Shown here: positions 32,752 to 45,586 of the stretch, in pieces
Position numbering within the stretch: the first letter of the stretch is position 1
Layout of the letters: each line of letters starts with the position of its first letter
Source of the DNA: an uncultured delta proteobacterium
GTDB taxonomy: Bacteria > Myxococcota_A > Polyangia > Polyangiales > B10-G4
DNA: 64,000 bases
Direction of reading: 5' to 3'
NCBI GenBank assembly: GCA_963727445.1
Contig: CAVSGI010000020.1
Location: 544,001-608,000 of the forward strand
Notes under the pieces: generated by a model
What the model was told of the DNA's origin: nothing
The model's input: only the letters and a program-made list of their open reading frames with translations
Database searches by the model: none
Translations under genes and position numbers: made by a program

Positions 32752-35700
32752 TCAGTCGCGAAACAAATCGCAGCTCGAGTCGGCGAAGCAGAGATGATCC
32801 ATCGGCGCATCGAGATACCGAACTTCGGTGCCGCCGGTGGAAAGAAAACGTCCCACGTGGTTGATCAGATACTGGCTGGCATCGAAGGGAGTGTCCGGCG
32901 AGAAGAGGAGCCCGGGGCTCGGCCCATGGGCGCCCTCGGGCGAGACGTAGACCACCGTGAAGCGCCGCGCGCGAACCGGCGGATCTCCCGTGACGGGGGC
33001 GAGCCCATCCGGGTTCGGCGTCCCGTCGGGTGAGAAGCGAGCGCGACCTTCGGAGAGATCGTCGGGATCGGCGACGAAACGGGGGGCACCGGGCACGGGC
33101 GTGCGCTCGAGCCACGGTGCGCCTTCGACGGCGTGGAGCGCGACCAGCGCGTCGTGGGGCGTGATCGCCGCGCTTCCCGAGAACGACGACAGGTGCGGGG
33201 GGGCATCCGGAGGAAGAAAGGCGAGGGCGCCGCTGGTGCGCCCCAGTCGCACAGCCGCACCGAAGGGGAGCGCGCCGTCGGCGGCGGTGGCGACGATCGT
33301 GAAGCGATCCGAGGGCGTCAGCGCGAGGCTCGCCGGATCGGCGCCGTGGAGCACCGCGTCGAGGAGCACCTGGTAGCGCACGAGCTCCGGCGATTGGCGA
33401 CGACGGCCGAGCCCGCCCGCCGGAAAGAGCAAAGGCGAGCCGACGCTGTACTGCACCCGTCGATATCGGGCGCACTCGGGGCAGCGGACCGGGCCCGGCG
33501 GCCCGTTTTCGACGCCGAAGTTCGGGATCAGCGCCACTGGGATCGCGCCGTCGGTCGGTGTGCAGCGCGAAAAATCGAAGTCCGTGTCCGGCGCGTAGAC
33601 GTCGAGGGAGAAGCGATCGCCCGAATCGGCCTCCACCGGGATGAACGACGCGCCCACGTCGTCGATTCGCGCGCATCGGCGGGCGCCGCCCGTCAGGTTC
33701 TTCACCACCAGGGTCGAGCCGCTGGGCGCGTCCTCCGGGGCGAGACAGTAGACCTCGGTATCCGCGCCCCGATCCGCATCGGACAGACGCATGCGGAGCG
33801 AGAGGCCGCCTTCGATACAGGCGGAGTCGATGGAAGGGCCCGCGCTGCGACGGGTCCAGACCACGGGCCCGAGGACCGCGCCCAACGTGCCCGCGCGCAC
33901 CGCGTCGTCCGCGCTCCGCATCCACGCCTGGGCCAGGCCTCCTGCAGGAGCGACGAGTGCCGCAGGCCCGATGTGTGGGCTGGCCGCGGCGACGAGCGCG
34001 GCGACGTTCGCGCCCATGCCGATCCCGGCGATCGTGGATTCGCCGCCCAGATCGGGCGCTCCGTCCCCGTCGAAATCTCCGAGCACGTCGATCGATCCAT
34101 CGCGGTCGTAGTCCCCGTCGAAAGTCAGCGGCTCGCGGCGCCCGGCGATCGTCGTCTCGCCCGTTTCGGCCATCCGTCCATCGAAGGTGGCGAGCGCCCG
34201 CGCGACCATCATCTGATCGATCGCCCACTGTCGACGGAGGTCGCGCGCGTGAAAGGGATCGGGGCCGTAGGCGAGGGCGCCGGGGTCGGGCAGCCCGTCG
34301 CCATCGATGTCCAGGACGCGATCGGCGACCATCGCTTCGGCCAGCGGCGCGAGGCATAGATTGCCGAAGACGTTGAGCAGGGCCACGCGCGTCGCTTCGC
34401 CGAGGGCGAGGCCGTGCTCGGGGGCGTCGATCATCACCGGCGCGAGCCCGTGGCGCAGGAGCAGCCCGGCGTAGGCGAAGCCGCGCTCCTTCGCCTCCGA
34501 CGCGTCGTGCAGCCACAAGAGCGGCGGCGCAGGCCCGTCGCGCCCGCTCGGTATGAACGCGAGGGCGACCAGCGTCTGCCGCGAAATGCGCCCCTCCCCG
34601 GCCTCCCGATCGAGCACGAAACGACCGCCCGCCTCGGGATTGGCCGGATCTCCGAGCAAATACGGGACCTCGATGGCGAAGGCGACGACCGCTTCGAGCC
34701 GGTCGTAGCTCGCCAAGAGGGCTTCCCGCTCGCTGACCCCGAGCCCGAGCTGCGCCGCGCTCGCTTCGAGGGCGCTCTGCCATGCGGCGCGCGGCACGCG
34801 GTAGGTCAACGCTCCGGCATCCGCGCAGGGTCGGCCCACGAGGCCGCCGCTCACCGGGTGCGCCACCACCGTGGGCGGAAAATCCTCGGCGAGAAAAGAC
34901 AGCGGCCCCTCGCCTTCGAGACCGCGCGCCACGGCGCGGAGGTCCTCGGTCGTCGACTGAACGGTGAAGGTCCATGCGAAGGCGACGCCTTCGAAGCCGA
35001 GGCTCGACAAATCCCCGTAGAGCTCCGGGTGGCTACGAAAGTGATCGGCGAGAGGCGCGAGCGCATCGGCTTGATCCGGTGGATGCACGAAGGCCAGCGG
35101 CGATCGCACGGGGTGGCCCTCGGCATCGCGCAACCGATTCGTCACCACCACCGCCTGACGCCCGCCCGGTCTGAGCGGCAGGAGCGGCCGGAGGAGCAGG
35201 GTGTGCGTCTCGCGTTCCCACTCGCCCGTGAGGCGGTCGACGAGCTCTGCGCCTCGCCCGCCTCGGCCGTCCAGCGTGGTCGGGCGGTCGTCGCGACCGT
35301 CGAAGTCGGTTTCGCGGCCGTCTTCGTCGACGGTCTCGAGCAGGAGGCTCGGCTCTCCCTCGCGTGGGTCGGCCGGGTGGTAACCGTCGGGTCGCACGAG
35401 CGCCGGCGGATCCCACGGCGCGCCCAGACCCAGTGGAGTAGGCAGCCCGGTCTCGAGATCGACGAGATAGATCGCGTGCTCGGCGAAGGCCGATTCGGTG
35501 AAGCGCGCCGTGTCGCGTTGCCGCCGCCGCAGGTCCTCGAGATCGATCTCGTCCTCGAAGGGCACGAGGATCAGCCCCGCGCCGAAACCATCGAGCTCGT
35601 TCACCCCCTCGCGCAGGTCGTCTTCGACGATGGTGCGCGAGTCACGGGGCAGGCTGAGCCGACGGCCGGTGGGGGAGGTGGGGTCGGCGCGGGTCAGCGC

Positions 35701-35868
35701 GTCGTTGGGGTAGGGGAGCGCGGGGAGCCCGGGGCCGGTCAAATCCCAGGAAATCCGGGTGCCTGGGCCGGGTGGCGTCGGGAAGAGGCCTGTTGGCGCG
35801 TCGGTTCCCTCACAAGCTTGAAGGGAGAGTACGGCGGCCAGAGCCAGCGCCATGGACAGGAGGCGCAC
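32752..35868 (-). CDS. Large lipoprotein with degenerate alpha/beta-hydrolase (lipase-like) fold
   Basis: Lipobox LQAC; LPYPND...LDGFG N-terminal motif; IDAPEHG; RDLRRQWAID; elbow GIGMG; DxDxDG loops. Confidence 0.7.
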   Translation of the reverse strand: MRLLSMALALAAVLSLQACEGTDAPTGLFPTPPGPGTRISWDLTGPGLPALPYPNDALTRADPTSPTGRRLSLPRDSRTIVEDDLREGVNELDGFGAGLILVPFEDEIDLEDLRRRQRDTARFTESAFAEHAIYLVDLETGLPTPLGLGAPWDPPALVRPDGYHPADPREGEPSLLLETVDEDGRETDFDGRDDRPTTLDGRGGRGAELVDRLTGEWERETHTLLLRPLLPLRPGGRQAVVVTNRLRDAEGHPVRSPLAFVHPPDQADALAPLADHFRSHPELYGDLSSLGFEGVAFAWTFTVQSTTEDLRAVARGLEGEGPLSFLAEDFPPTVVAHPVSGGLVGRPCADAGALTYRVPRAAWQSALEASAAQLGLGVSEREALLASYDRLEAVVAFAIEVPYLLGDPANPEAGGRFVLDREAGEGRISRQTLVALAFIPSGRDGPAPPLLWLHDASEAKERGFAYAGLLLRHGLAPVMIDAPEHGLALGEATRVALLNVFGNLCLAPLAEAMVADRVLDIDGDGLPDPGALAYGPDPFHARDLRRQWAIDQMMVARALATFDGRMAETGETTIAGRREPLTFDGDYDRDGSIDVLGDFDGDGAPDLGGESTIAGIGMGANVAALVAAASPHIGPAALVAPAGGLAQAWMRSADDAVRAGTLGAVLGPVVWTRRSAGPSIDSACIEGGLSLRMRLSDADRGADTEVYCLAPEDAPSGSTLVVKNLTGGARRCARIDDVGASFIPVEADSGDRFSLDVYAPDTDFDFSRCTPTDGAIPVALIPNFGVENGPPGPVRCPECARYRRVQYSVGSPLLFPAGGLGRRRQSPELVRYQVLLDAVLHGADPASLALTPSDRFTIVATAADGALPFGAAVRLGRTSGALAFLPPDAPPHLSSFSGSAAITPHDALVALHAVEGAPWLERTPVPGAPRFVADPDDLSEGRARFSPDGTPNPDGLAPVTGDPPVRARRFTVVYVSPEGAHGPSPGLLFSPDTPFDASQYLINHVGRFLSTGGTEVRYLDAPMDHLCFADSSCDLFRD

Positions 35869-35918
35869 GATCGGAAGATAGCACCGAGATCGGCGTCCGC
35901 TTGGTCTACCCTTCGTCC

Positions 35919-36863
35919 ATGGTCGCCCAGCGAGGACGTCGCATCGCCGGCAAGTATCAGCTCTCCGAGCCCCTCGGAGAGGGTGGGATGGCCACCGTTT
36001 GGAAGGGGCTCACCCTCGGCGCGGCCGGCTTTTCGCGCCGCGTCGCCATCAAGCGCGTCCTCCCGGAGCTCGCCCACGATTCGAAGTTCACGGCGATGTT
36101 CGTCGAGGAGGCGCGGGTCGTCTCCGAGCTCGCCCACCCCAACATCGTGCAGGTCCACGACTTCGATCACGACGACGAAGGCAACTACTTCATCGTCATG
36201 GAGTTCGTCGACGGGATTGACCTCGAGCACTGGTGCGGGGCCTACGAGAATCTCGGCGAGCGTCCCCCGTGGCCCCTGGCGACGGCGATCGCCATCGAAG
36301 TGCTCCGGGGCCTGACCGCCGCCCACGAGCGGGTCGACTCCCTCGGCCGTCCCTCGCCGGTCATCCACCGGGACGTGACGCCAACCAACATCCTTGTCGG
36401 CAAGAACGGCATCGTGAAGCTCACCGACTTCGGGCTGGCCCGCGCCATGGACCGCGCGTCGATGACCAAGCCGGGCACCGTCAAAGGCAAGCTCGCGTAC
36501 ATGGCGCCCGAGGTGCTCACGGGAAAGCCGGCCAACGAGCAGAGCGACATCTTCTGCGTGGGGATCGTGCTCTGGGAGGCCCTCTGTGGCCGGCGCCTCT
36601 ACTCCGGCCGCACGGATCTCGAGGTCATCATGAAGGCCCGCGAGGCCAAAGTGCCGAGCGTCGTCGAGACCCGGGACGACGTCCCGCTCTCGCTCGTCGA
36701 GGTGGTCAATCACGCGCTGGCCAAGGAGCCCGACGATCGCTTCGCGTCAGCCCGTGAGATGCAGCGCGCCCTGGCGGCGGTGCTCCGAGACCACCCCGAG
36801 CCCACCGACTCCGAGGCCCTCAGGGAGAGCGTCCGACAAGCCCTGGAGATCAGCCAACAATGA
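35919..36863 (+). CDS. Cytoplasmic Ser/Thr protein kinase
   Basis: GEGGMA, VAIK, HRDVTPTN, DFG, YMAPE; no TM segment. Confidence 0.93.
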   Translation: MVAQRGRRIAGKYQLSEPLGEGGMATVWKGLTLGAAGFSRRVAIKRVLPELAHDSKFTAMFVEEARVVSELAHPNIVQVHDFDHDDEGNYFIVMEFVDGIDLEHWCGAYENLGERPPWPLATAIAIEVLRGLTAAHERVDSLGRPSPVIHRDVTPTNILVGKNGIVKLTDFGLARAMDRASMTKPGTVKGKLAYMAPEVLTGKPANEQSDIFCVGIVLWEALCGRRLYSGRTDLEVIMKAREAKVPSVVETRDDVPLSLVEVVNHALAKEPDDRFASAREMQRALAAVLRDHPEPTDSEALRESVRQALEISQQ

Positions 36864-36908
36864 GGTGAGCCGAGCCCCGGTGGGGGCTCGCTGCTACCCT
36901 TTGGGTAG

Positions 36909-38408
36909 ATGAGAGACTCGCTCGCGCCGTCCGACCGCAAGAAGCTGGGAGGGCTTCTGCGCAGTGTGGTGAAGGTGCTCTCGGTCTCGGATCCGCCCGA
37001 TTACGACCAGCCCTGGCAGACCCAGGGCGCGAGCTCCAGCTTCGGCTCGGGCGTGGTGGTCTCGACGACGAACGGGCTCAGGATCCTGACCAACGCCCAC
37101 TGTGTTCAGGACCACGTCTACGTGGAGGTGCGGCGCTACGGCCTGTCGAAGAAGTACCAGGCGGAGGTCGAGGCGCTGGGTCACGACTGCGACCTGGCGC
37201 TGCTCGCCGTGGAGGAGGGCGAGGAGTTCTTCAGCGGCGTCACCCCCCTCAGCGTGGGACCCCTGCCGGAGCTCGGCGACACGGTCAGCGTCTGCGGTTT
37301 CCCGGTCGGCGGGGAGCGGGTGAGCATCACCCGCGGCATCGTCTCCCGCATCGATCTCGTCCGCTACGAGCAGTCCCAGCGGTTGCTCCTGGCGCTCCAG
37401 ATCGACGCCGCCATCAACTCGGGCAACAGCGGTGGCCCGGTGATCCGGGGCAACCAGCTGGTGGGGATCGCCTTTCAATCTCTCGAGGATGCCGAGCAGG
37501 TGGGGTACGTGATCGCGGGCGAGGTGATCTCGCACTTCATCGCCGACGTCGAGCGCGGGTCGGTCTCCGGCTTCCCTGCCCTTGGCGCGTGGACGCAAGA
37601 GCTCGAGTCGAACAGCCATCGGGCCGCGCTCGGCCTGCCAGAGGAGCGCACCGAGGGGGTCCTGATAAGGCGCGTCGAGTGGGAGGGGTCGGCCTGGGGG
37701 GTTCTCGAGGAGGGCGACGTGTTGCTCGAGGTCGACGGCGAGCCGATTCAATCGGACGGGACCGTCTCACTGCGCGACGGCGAGCTCGTCGACTTCTCCT
37801 ACGTTTTTTCGAGGCGTCTCGCAGGCGAGGTCGCCAACCTCAAGGTGTGGCGCAAGGGCGCGGTGATCGACTGCGTGATGCCGGTGAAGGTGCCGAGCCC
37901 CCTGGTGCCGGAGGACGCCTTCGACGTTCGGCCGACCTATTACGTCTTCGGCGGCCTGCTCTTCGTCCCTCTCACCAAGAACTACCTCAAGACCTACGGC
38001 GATCCGTGGTGGCAGACGGCCCCGAAGGACCTGATGCTCCTCTATGAAGAGGGCCTCGCCCGACCTGACTATCGCCAGGCGGTCGTGCTCCAGAAGGTCC
38101 TCGCCGACCGCGTGAACCAGGGCTATCACCACATCGAGAGCGTTCTGGTGAAGTCGGTGGACGGCATCGACATCAGCGATCTCGAGGAGCTGATCGAGAT
38201 CATCGAGGACGGCGAGGGGCGCTACGTGGAGTTCTGCTCCTTCGCCGGACATCGGGTGGTGCTCGATCGCGTGCGCGCGAACGCCCGTCTCGATGCCATC
38301 CTCGAGCGCTTCGGCGTGCCGCGCGACCGTTCGACCGACCTCGTTCCCGAAGAGGAAGAGGACGACGCGCGACTGTCGGTCGACCGGATCAATCGCCCGC
38401 AGTTCTGA
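36909..38408 (+). CDS. Trypsin-like Deg/HtrA protease with PDZ domains
   Basis: TNAHCV, DCDLA, DAAINSGNSGGP; C-terminal YYVFGGLLFVPL segment; no signal peptide. Confidence 0.9.
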   Translation: MRDSLAPSDRKKLGGLLRSVVKVLSVSDPPDYDQPWQTQGASSSFGSGVVVSTTNGLRILTNAHCVQDHVYVEVRRYGLSKKYQAEVEALGHDCDLALLAVEEGEEFFSGVTPLSVGPLPELGDTVSVCGFPVGGERVSITRGIVSRIDLVRYEQSQRLLLALQIDAAINSGNSGGPVIRGNQLVGIAFQSLEDAEQVGYVIAGEVISHFIADVERGSVSGFPALGAWTQELESNSHRAALGLPEERTEGVLIRRVEWEGSAWGVLEEGDVLLEVDGEPIQSDGTVSLRDGELVDFSYVFSRRLAGEVANLKVWRKGAVIDCVMPVKVPSPLVPEDAFDVRPTYYVFGGLLFVPLTKNYLKTYGDPWWQTAPKDLMLLYEEGLARPDYRQAVVLQKVLADRVNQGYHHIESVLVKSVDGIDISDLEELIEIIEDGEGRYVEFCSFAGHRVVLDRVRANARLDAILERFGVPRDRSTDLVPEEEEDDARLSVDRINRPQF

Positions 38409-38414
38409 GCGGGC

Positions 38415-40073
<1,659 letters not shown>

Positions 40074-40404
40074 TTTCGGTCCCGCGTGTCCTGACAGTCC
40101 CGTAAGGATCGACCGAAGGGGACATTTCAGTTGCAGCGGAACGAGGCGGCCGATCCCCGAGGATTAATGGAGGGGACGAGGTCGTGGAGTGTGTGCCTCT
40201 CACCCACGGCTGCGCTCATCCGAGCCCATCCACCCATCGGGGAATTGCCCCCCACTCGGCAGAACCGGAACCGCGTTTGTCGGCGCATCCGGCGTTCCTG
40301 AGAGCTGCTTCTGCACCGGATCGAAGCCGATCTCGCGTGGCACCGTGTGTGCACTTCTTCGTGTGGACGCTCAGGCCCGGTGCGACCGGGATGAAGGGAC
40401 AGCG

Positions 40405-41565
40405 ATGCGAAGTCGAGGACGATTCGTCGCGGTGGTGAGCTGCGCCTTCTGCGCGCTCGCGGCGAGCGGATGTGCACCGATGGACGGGATGGGAGATCCG
40501 ACGATGACTCCCACGCCAGACGCGGAGGCCCCTCCGCCCGATCTCGCGCCGGGTGACGTGCTCAGCGTGTCGGGTCTGGTGGTGGACTTTCAGACCGGCG
40601 ATCCGGTCGCCGAAGCCGCCGTGCGCACCCTCGGTCTCAATCCAGTCTCCGAAGCGACCCTCGCAGGCTCGGAGTACGAGCTCTACTCGCCGCCGTACAG
40701 CGCCTTCCACATCCTGGCGGGGGCGGAGCCGCTGTACATGCTCACCGTGGGTGCGCCGGTGCAGGTCGACGGAGAGCCGCTGGCTGCGGTGGCGGCCGAG
40801 ACCATGCGACACGCCTACATCTCTCTGCTCGCCGGCATCTTCGATGTCACGCCGACGCCCGGGTACGGGATCGTCTTCGCCCAGGCCACCTATGACGACG
40901 GCCGACCGAGGTCGGGGCTGGGGCCCGACGTGTTCAACCTGGCCGACGCGCCGATGGTGCGTGGCCCCTATTTCCTCGCGGAGGATCTCGGCCCTGATCC
41001 CGAGGCCACCGAGACCGGCGCGCGCGGCTACTTCGTGCTCTTCGACGTGCCGGAGGGAGCCGCCACCTTCATCTCCGGACCGGAGAGCACCTACTCCGTC
41101 ACGGGGACCAGTCCGACGTACCGCGACGCGGTCACCATCATGAAGGTCGCCGTGACGGATCGCGATCCCGCGGACGTGGTGCCCGACCCGACCACGCCGA
41201 TGGATCCGCCACCTCCCGACGACGTGGGCCCGGTGGACTTCGTCACGCAGGTGATGCCGGTCTTCGTGCGCAACGGGTGCATCGTCTGCCACTCGGCGGG
41301 GGGCGAAGGTTACGACCTGGGCGGCCTCGAGCTCACGGGCGATCCGCGCAACGTCTTCGACGAGCTCACCGCGGAGATCTCACCGAACTTCGACCGGGTG
41401 CGCGTGAACACGACCACACCCGCGGAGAGCCTTCTGCTCACCATGCCTTCGTTCGAGGATCCGCCGGACGATCATCCGAACGCGATCTTCCTCGACCAGT
41501 ACAACCGCGACTACCGCTTGCTGCGCGCCTGGATCGAGCAGGGCGCGTACTACGAGCCGCGCTGA
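40405..41565 (+). CDS. Lipoprotein with a C-terminal monoheme c-type cytochrome domain
   Basis: Lipobox ASGC; GCIVCH; SLLL...P, WIEQGA. Confidence 0.7.
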   Translation: MRSRGRFVAVVSCAFCALAASGCAPMDGMGDPTMTPTPDAEAPPPDLAPGDVLSVSGLVVDFQTGDPVAEAAVRTLGLNPVSEATLAGSEYELYSPPYSAFHILAGAEPLYMLTVGAPVQVDGEPLAAVAAETMRHAYISLLAGIFDVTPTPGYGIVFAQATYDDGRPRSGLGPDVFNLADAPMVRGPYFLAEDLGPDPEATETGARGYFVLFDVPEGAATFISGPESTYSVTGTSPTYRDAVTIMKVAVTDRDPADVVPDPTTPMDPPPPDDVGPVDFVTQVMPVFVRNGCIVCHSAGGEGYDLGGLELTGDPRNVFDELTAEISPNFDRVRVNTTTPAESLLLTMPSFEDPPDDHPNAIFLDQYNRDYRLLRAWIEQGAYYEPR

Positions 41566-41567
41566 AT

Positions 41568-44463
41568 TCAGAACGGCAGGCCGAGGTGCACGTAGCCGTA
41601 GGTGCCGCCGCCGTCGGAGAGGCCGCGCGCGATGCCGATGCGTAGCGTGTAGGTGAGGAAGTAGCCGAGCAGGAAGTCGATGAAGAGCTCGCCGCCCACG
41701 CCGAAGCGGAACTGCCCCAGGTCGGGGTCGCCGAAGAAGGCGTCGCCCCAATCGACGAACGCCGACGCCCAGATGCGCTGGATGTAGGCCGGCAGCGTCT
41801 CCACCGTCCACATCAGGCGGTGGATGGGGAAGCGATACTCGGCCTGCACCAGGTGAAACTGCGTGCCGCGGCGGTCGAAGGGCGCGTAGCCGCGCAGCGC
41901 CTGGCCCCCCAGGAACGTCTGATTGACCAACTGATCGAGGACGTTGGTTTCGGGGAAACCTCCGAGGGAGAAGAGCCCGCGCCGCCCGAGGTCGCCGCCG
42001 CTGATCCCGCCCGAGTAGCGGAAGGCGAAGACGTGGTGTTGGATGAATGGGTTCTCGACGTACTGCGTGATGCTCCAGCTGCCGCTCACCGCGGTGAACT
42101 GCGAGCCCATGAGCGGGTGGGAGACGTTGAGCCCGAGGGTGATGCGACGACCCTCCGACGGTGTGATGTCCCAGGCGGTGCGCACCACGTCGCTCCAGCT
42201 CCATCCCGCGCGCAAGCCCGCGAGCAGGCCCTCTTGCGGAAGCACCGGCACCGGATCGTTGGGGTCGAGCACGGCTCCGCTGATGGGCTCGATGTTGTCG
42301 AGATAGCTCAGGCGATAGCTGAGGGTGAAGATCTCGGAGTTGAAGGCGCGCGGGAAGCTGTAGCGGATGCCGATCTCGCCTCCGAAGGACCGTTCGATCC
42401 ACTCCTCGGGCTCGCCGGCCACCACCAGCCCTCCGCGCGGCGCCACCCCGTGAAAGGCGCTGATCGTGATCGGTAGGGGCGTGCGCTGGTAGACGTAGGT
42501 GAGGTCGGCGTTCACGTTGCCGCGGACGAGCCCGACGCTGACGTTGCCCGTGTAGGAATGGAAGCCGACGACGTCGCCGGCCTGCACGGATGCCCCGACG
42601 GCGCTGCCGAAGCCGTCCTGGCCGAAGGTCAGGAACCAGGTCCGGGGAAGGAAGGTCGCGAGCGGGTTGTAGGGCTCGCTCTCGAGCGGCGGAGCTTCGG
42701 GGACGGGGTCGGCCCGCTGGCGGTCGGTGACGTAGGGCTCGGCGACGCGGAAGCGCGCCGGGTGCAGATCCATCCCGAAGATGTCCCAGCCGTGGCTGCG
42801 GAAGCCGAGATAGGCGAGACGGCGCCCATCCGGGGAGATGGTGGGGGAGTAGGCGCCCGCGATGACGTTGGTCACCTGATACAAGGTGCCGCTGCTCCTC
42901 TCGTGCGCGTAGACGTTCTGGACGCCGGTGCGGTCCGAGGAGAAGTAGAGGTACCGGCCGTCGGGCGACCACGCGGGGCCGATGTCGACGGCGCGGTCGT
43001 GGGTCAGCTCCGTCACGTCACCAGAGGCGACATCCAGGAGAAGGATGTCGCGATAGCCACCCTCCCTCCACGCGCTGAATGCGATGGTGCGACCATCCGG
43101 CGACCACTTCGGTGTGTAGACCTGGTTGAACTGCGGGCTGCGATAGGCGACCTCGTAGGTGCCCTCGATGTCGGCGATGTCGGCGATCGCGAGGTGCGTC
43201 GTGGACGCGCCGTTGATGGTGAAGGCGATGCGACGCCCGTCGGGTGAGACGTCGGGCTCCTGGGCGCGCATGCCGCGGGTGAGCCGCTCTCGAACGCCGG
43301 TCTCGCGGTCCACGCGGAACAGGTCGTAGTAGTAGTAGATGTCGCGATGGGCTTCGAGCGCGCTGTAGTAGACGTGGCGCCCGTCCGGATGCGGCGACGA
43401 GTACGCGCTCCCGCGCGCGCGGTCGAGCTCGCCCAGCCGCTCTCCGGAGTAGGCGTCGATGATGCGGAGCGCCTGGCGGTCGCGGCCGTCGTCGGCGTAG
43501 TAGACGATGCGGCGATTGTCGAGGAAACGCGGTGCCCGGGCGTGCTGGCCCCGGTTCGTGAGGTTTCGTCCGCGGACCAGCCCCGCGCGCCTTATCCGCG
43601 CGGCCTGGCGGCGATAGCGACCGCGGGTCTCCTCGGTCCACTCGTCGTAGAGCTCGATGAAGGTCTTGCCGGTCGCCCTCCTCGCGGTGCGGTTGACGCC
43701 GTAGGGGATGAGCTGACTTCCGTAGTCGTGGGTCATGTCGCGCAGCGCCTCGTCGCCGTAGCGGCGCGCGATGAACTCGACGAAACGGGAGCCGTAGAGA
43801 TAGCGAACGTTGCCGCGGGGGAAGCGATCCACCTCGTTCGAGATCTGATCGAGACGCAGGAGCCGGTCTTCGAGGGCGTCCATCCGCAGGTACATGTCGA
43901 AGATCGAGGATCTCAGGCGGCCCGCGGTGGTGTTGCGCGACTCCTCGTAGGTGGCCAGGCCTTCGAGGAACCACCCCGGCTGCACCGAGTTCGGCGGGTA
44001 GACCTTGCCGAAGATCAAGTTGATGATCGCCGGGATCCCGCCGATGGTGTCGAGGTGGAGGATGTGGGTGTGCTCATGGGTGACGAGCTCGGTCAGCCAG
44101 TCGTCGTAGTCCGACAGGGGACTGATGTCTTCGGGCCCGGTGGCGAAGAGCCGGGATCCGGTTGTAGGGGATCGCCGTGGCCGACCCGTTCGCGAGGTCT
44201 GTGTTGTCGCTCAGGACGATTCGCGTCTGAGGTGGGTCGCGGCCCAGCAGGGGGGCGAGGCGGCTCTGGGCCCGCTCGGCGATCGCAGCCACCCGGCGGG
44301 CGACCAAGCCCAGGGGCTCGTGATACGTGACCTCGAAATGCTCGGTCCGGACCGTCCGCCAGACCAGGTGGGGGTCGTTGTTCTGGGCCTGAACACGTGC
44401 AGGGGCGAGGGCGCCGAGGGCCCAGACGAGGGCGATCACGGCCCGAATGACGCCTCCTTTCAC
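41568..44463 (-). CDS. HExxH peptidase-like + PD40 propeller + Omp85-type barrel protein (one +1 frameshift near 44155)
   Basis: Signal peptide, TEHFEVTY, HEHTH, WFLEGLA, repeated SPDGR, LRGY, AEYRFP, terminal F. Confidence 0.8.
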
Positions 44464-44527
44464 CGTGGCGTTTGTATCATTTGGCCCGGGGGTGGGTGGG
44501 CCTCGTCAGAGCCGGATGGGCGAAGTC

Positions 44528-44557
44528 TTGACCGCGGCCACAAAGCCCCTCTAACCT
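44528..44557 (+). promoter_or_regulatory. Putative sigma70 promoter
   Basis: TTGACC-N18-TAACCT upstream of the FHA gene. Confidence 0.5.
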
Positions 44558-44590
44558 TACGAAACTCCTGGATTGTTCCGGGAATTGTCC

Positions 44591-45550
44591 ATGGAGCCGC
44601 CCGTTCCTAAGATGAGTCCCCAATCGTCGCCGCAGGCAGCGAAGGCGTTCGCTCTCCGGTTCATCTCCGGAAAGTATCAGGGCGGGGAATTTCCTCTGCC
44701 TCCGCAGGGCGAGATCGTCATCGGTCGATCGAGTGAGCTCGACATGGTGCTCGTCGAGGACATGGTCTCGCGCCGGCACTCGAAGATCACCGTCACCGGA
44801 GATCGAATCTTCATCCAGGATCTCGGCTCGACCAACGGCACCTTCGTCAACGGTGAGAAGGTCAAGCGCGCGAAGCTGAACGAAGGCGACCGCATCCTCA
44901 TCGGCACCAGCATCATCAAGCTCGTCGCCACCGAAGCCGCGGGTGACGCCGACGACGCGCGCCAGCAACTCGCCGAGGTGGGGGCCGCGAAGCGCACGTC
45001 GCAGGTCCGGACGATGACCGGCTCCATCGCGGAGGTTCCGCTTCCCGATCTGCTCCAGCTCTTCGGCGCGTCGAAGAAGGACGGGACGCTGGTGGTGCGC
45101 ACCGACCGAGACGTCGGCAAGATCTACCTCGATGCGGGCCGCGTCGTCTTCGCGACCATCAACGACAACTTCGACGTCAATCCGGTGAAGAGCTTCGTCC
45201 GCTGCCTCACCTGGGAAGAAGGCACTTTCGAGCTCGATGCACCAGAAGAGCGCGAGTTCCCGGACCCGATCCGGATGACGACCGAGGGCCTCCTCATGGA
45301 GGCGATGCGCCAGCTCGACGAGGTCCGCCGCCTCGGCCCCGACATGCCCGATCTGGGCGCGACCATCTCGCTCCAGTTGCCGCTCATCCCGCTCCTGCGC
45401 GACCTGGAGCCGGAGGAGATCGACGTCCTGCAGATCGCGTACAACTACGGCCACGTCGAGACGGTCTTGAACAAGAGCCTGGTGAGCGATCTCGAGACCT
45501 CCGAGATCCTCGTGAAGCTGATCAAGGCCGGCTACCTCAAGGCCGATTAA
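44591..45550 (+). CDS. FHA + DUF4388 domain protein
   Basis: IGRS, VSRRH, DLGSTNGT; MTGSIAEVPLPDLLQL...GKIYLDAGRV...WEEGTF. Confidence 0.88.
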   Translation: MEPPVPKMSPQSSPQAAKAFALRFISGKYQGGEFPLPPQGEIVIGRSSELDMVLVEDMVSRRHSKITVTGDRIFIQDLGSTNGTFVNGEKVKRAKLNEGDRILIGTSIIKLVATEAAGDADDARQQLAEVGAAKRTSQVRTMTGSIAEVPLPDLLQLFGASKKDGTLVVRTDRDVGKIYLDAGRVVFATINDNFDVNPVKSFVRCLTWEEGTFELDAPEEREFPDPIRMTTEGLLMEAMRQLDEVRRLGPDMPDLGATISLQLPLIPLLRDLEPEEIDVLQIAYNYGHVETVLNKSLVSDLETSEILVKLIKAGYLKAD

Positions 45551-45586
45551 CGGCCCGGCCTCAGCGGCCTGCGAAATGGTCGTGCT

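Noticed and set aside
32353..33033. 226-aa ORF across the 32.3-kb gap
   Set aside because: Overlaps the large lipoprotein antisense, runs through the inverted repeat and has no recognisable motif
40074..40404. Long intergenic region as a possible riboswitch
   Set aside because: Only short weak stems and no aptamer consensus recognised
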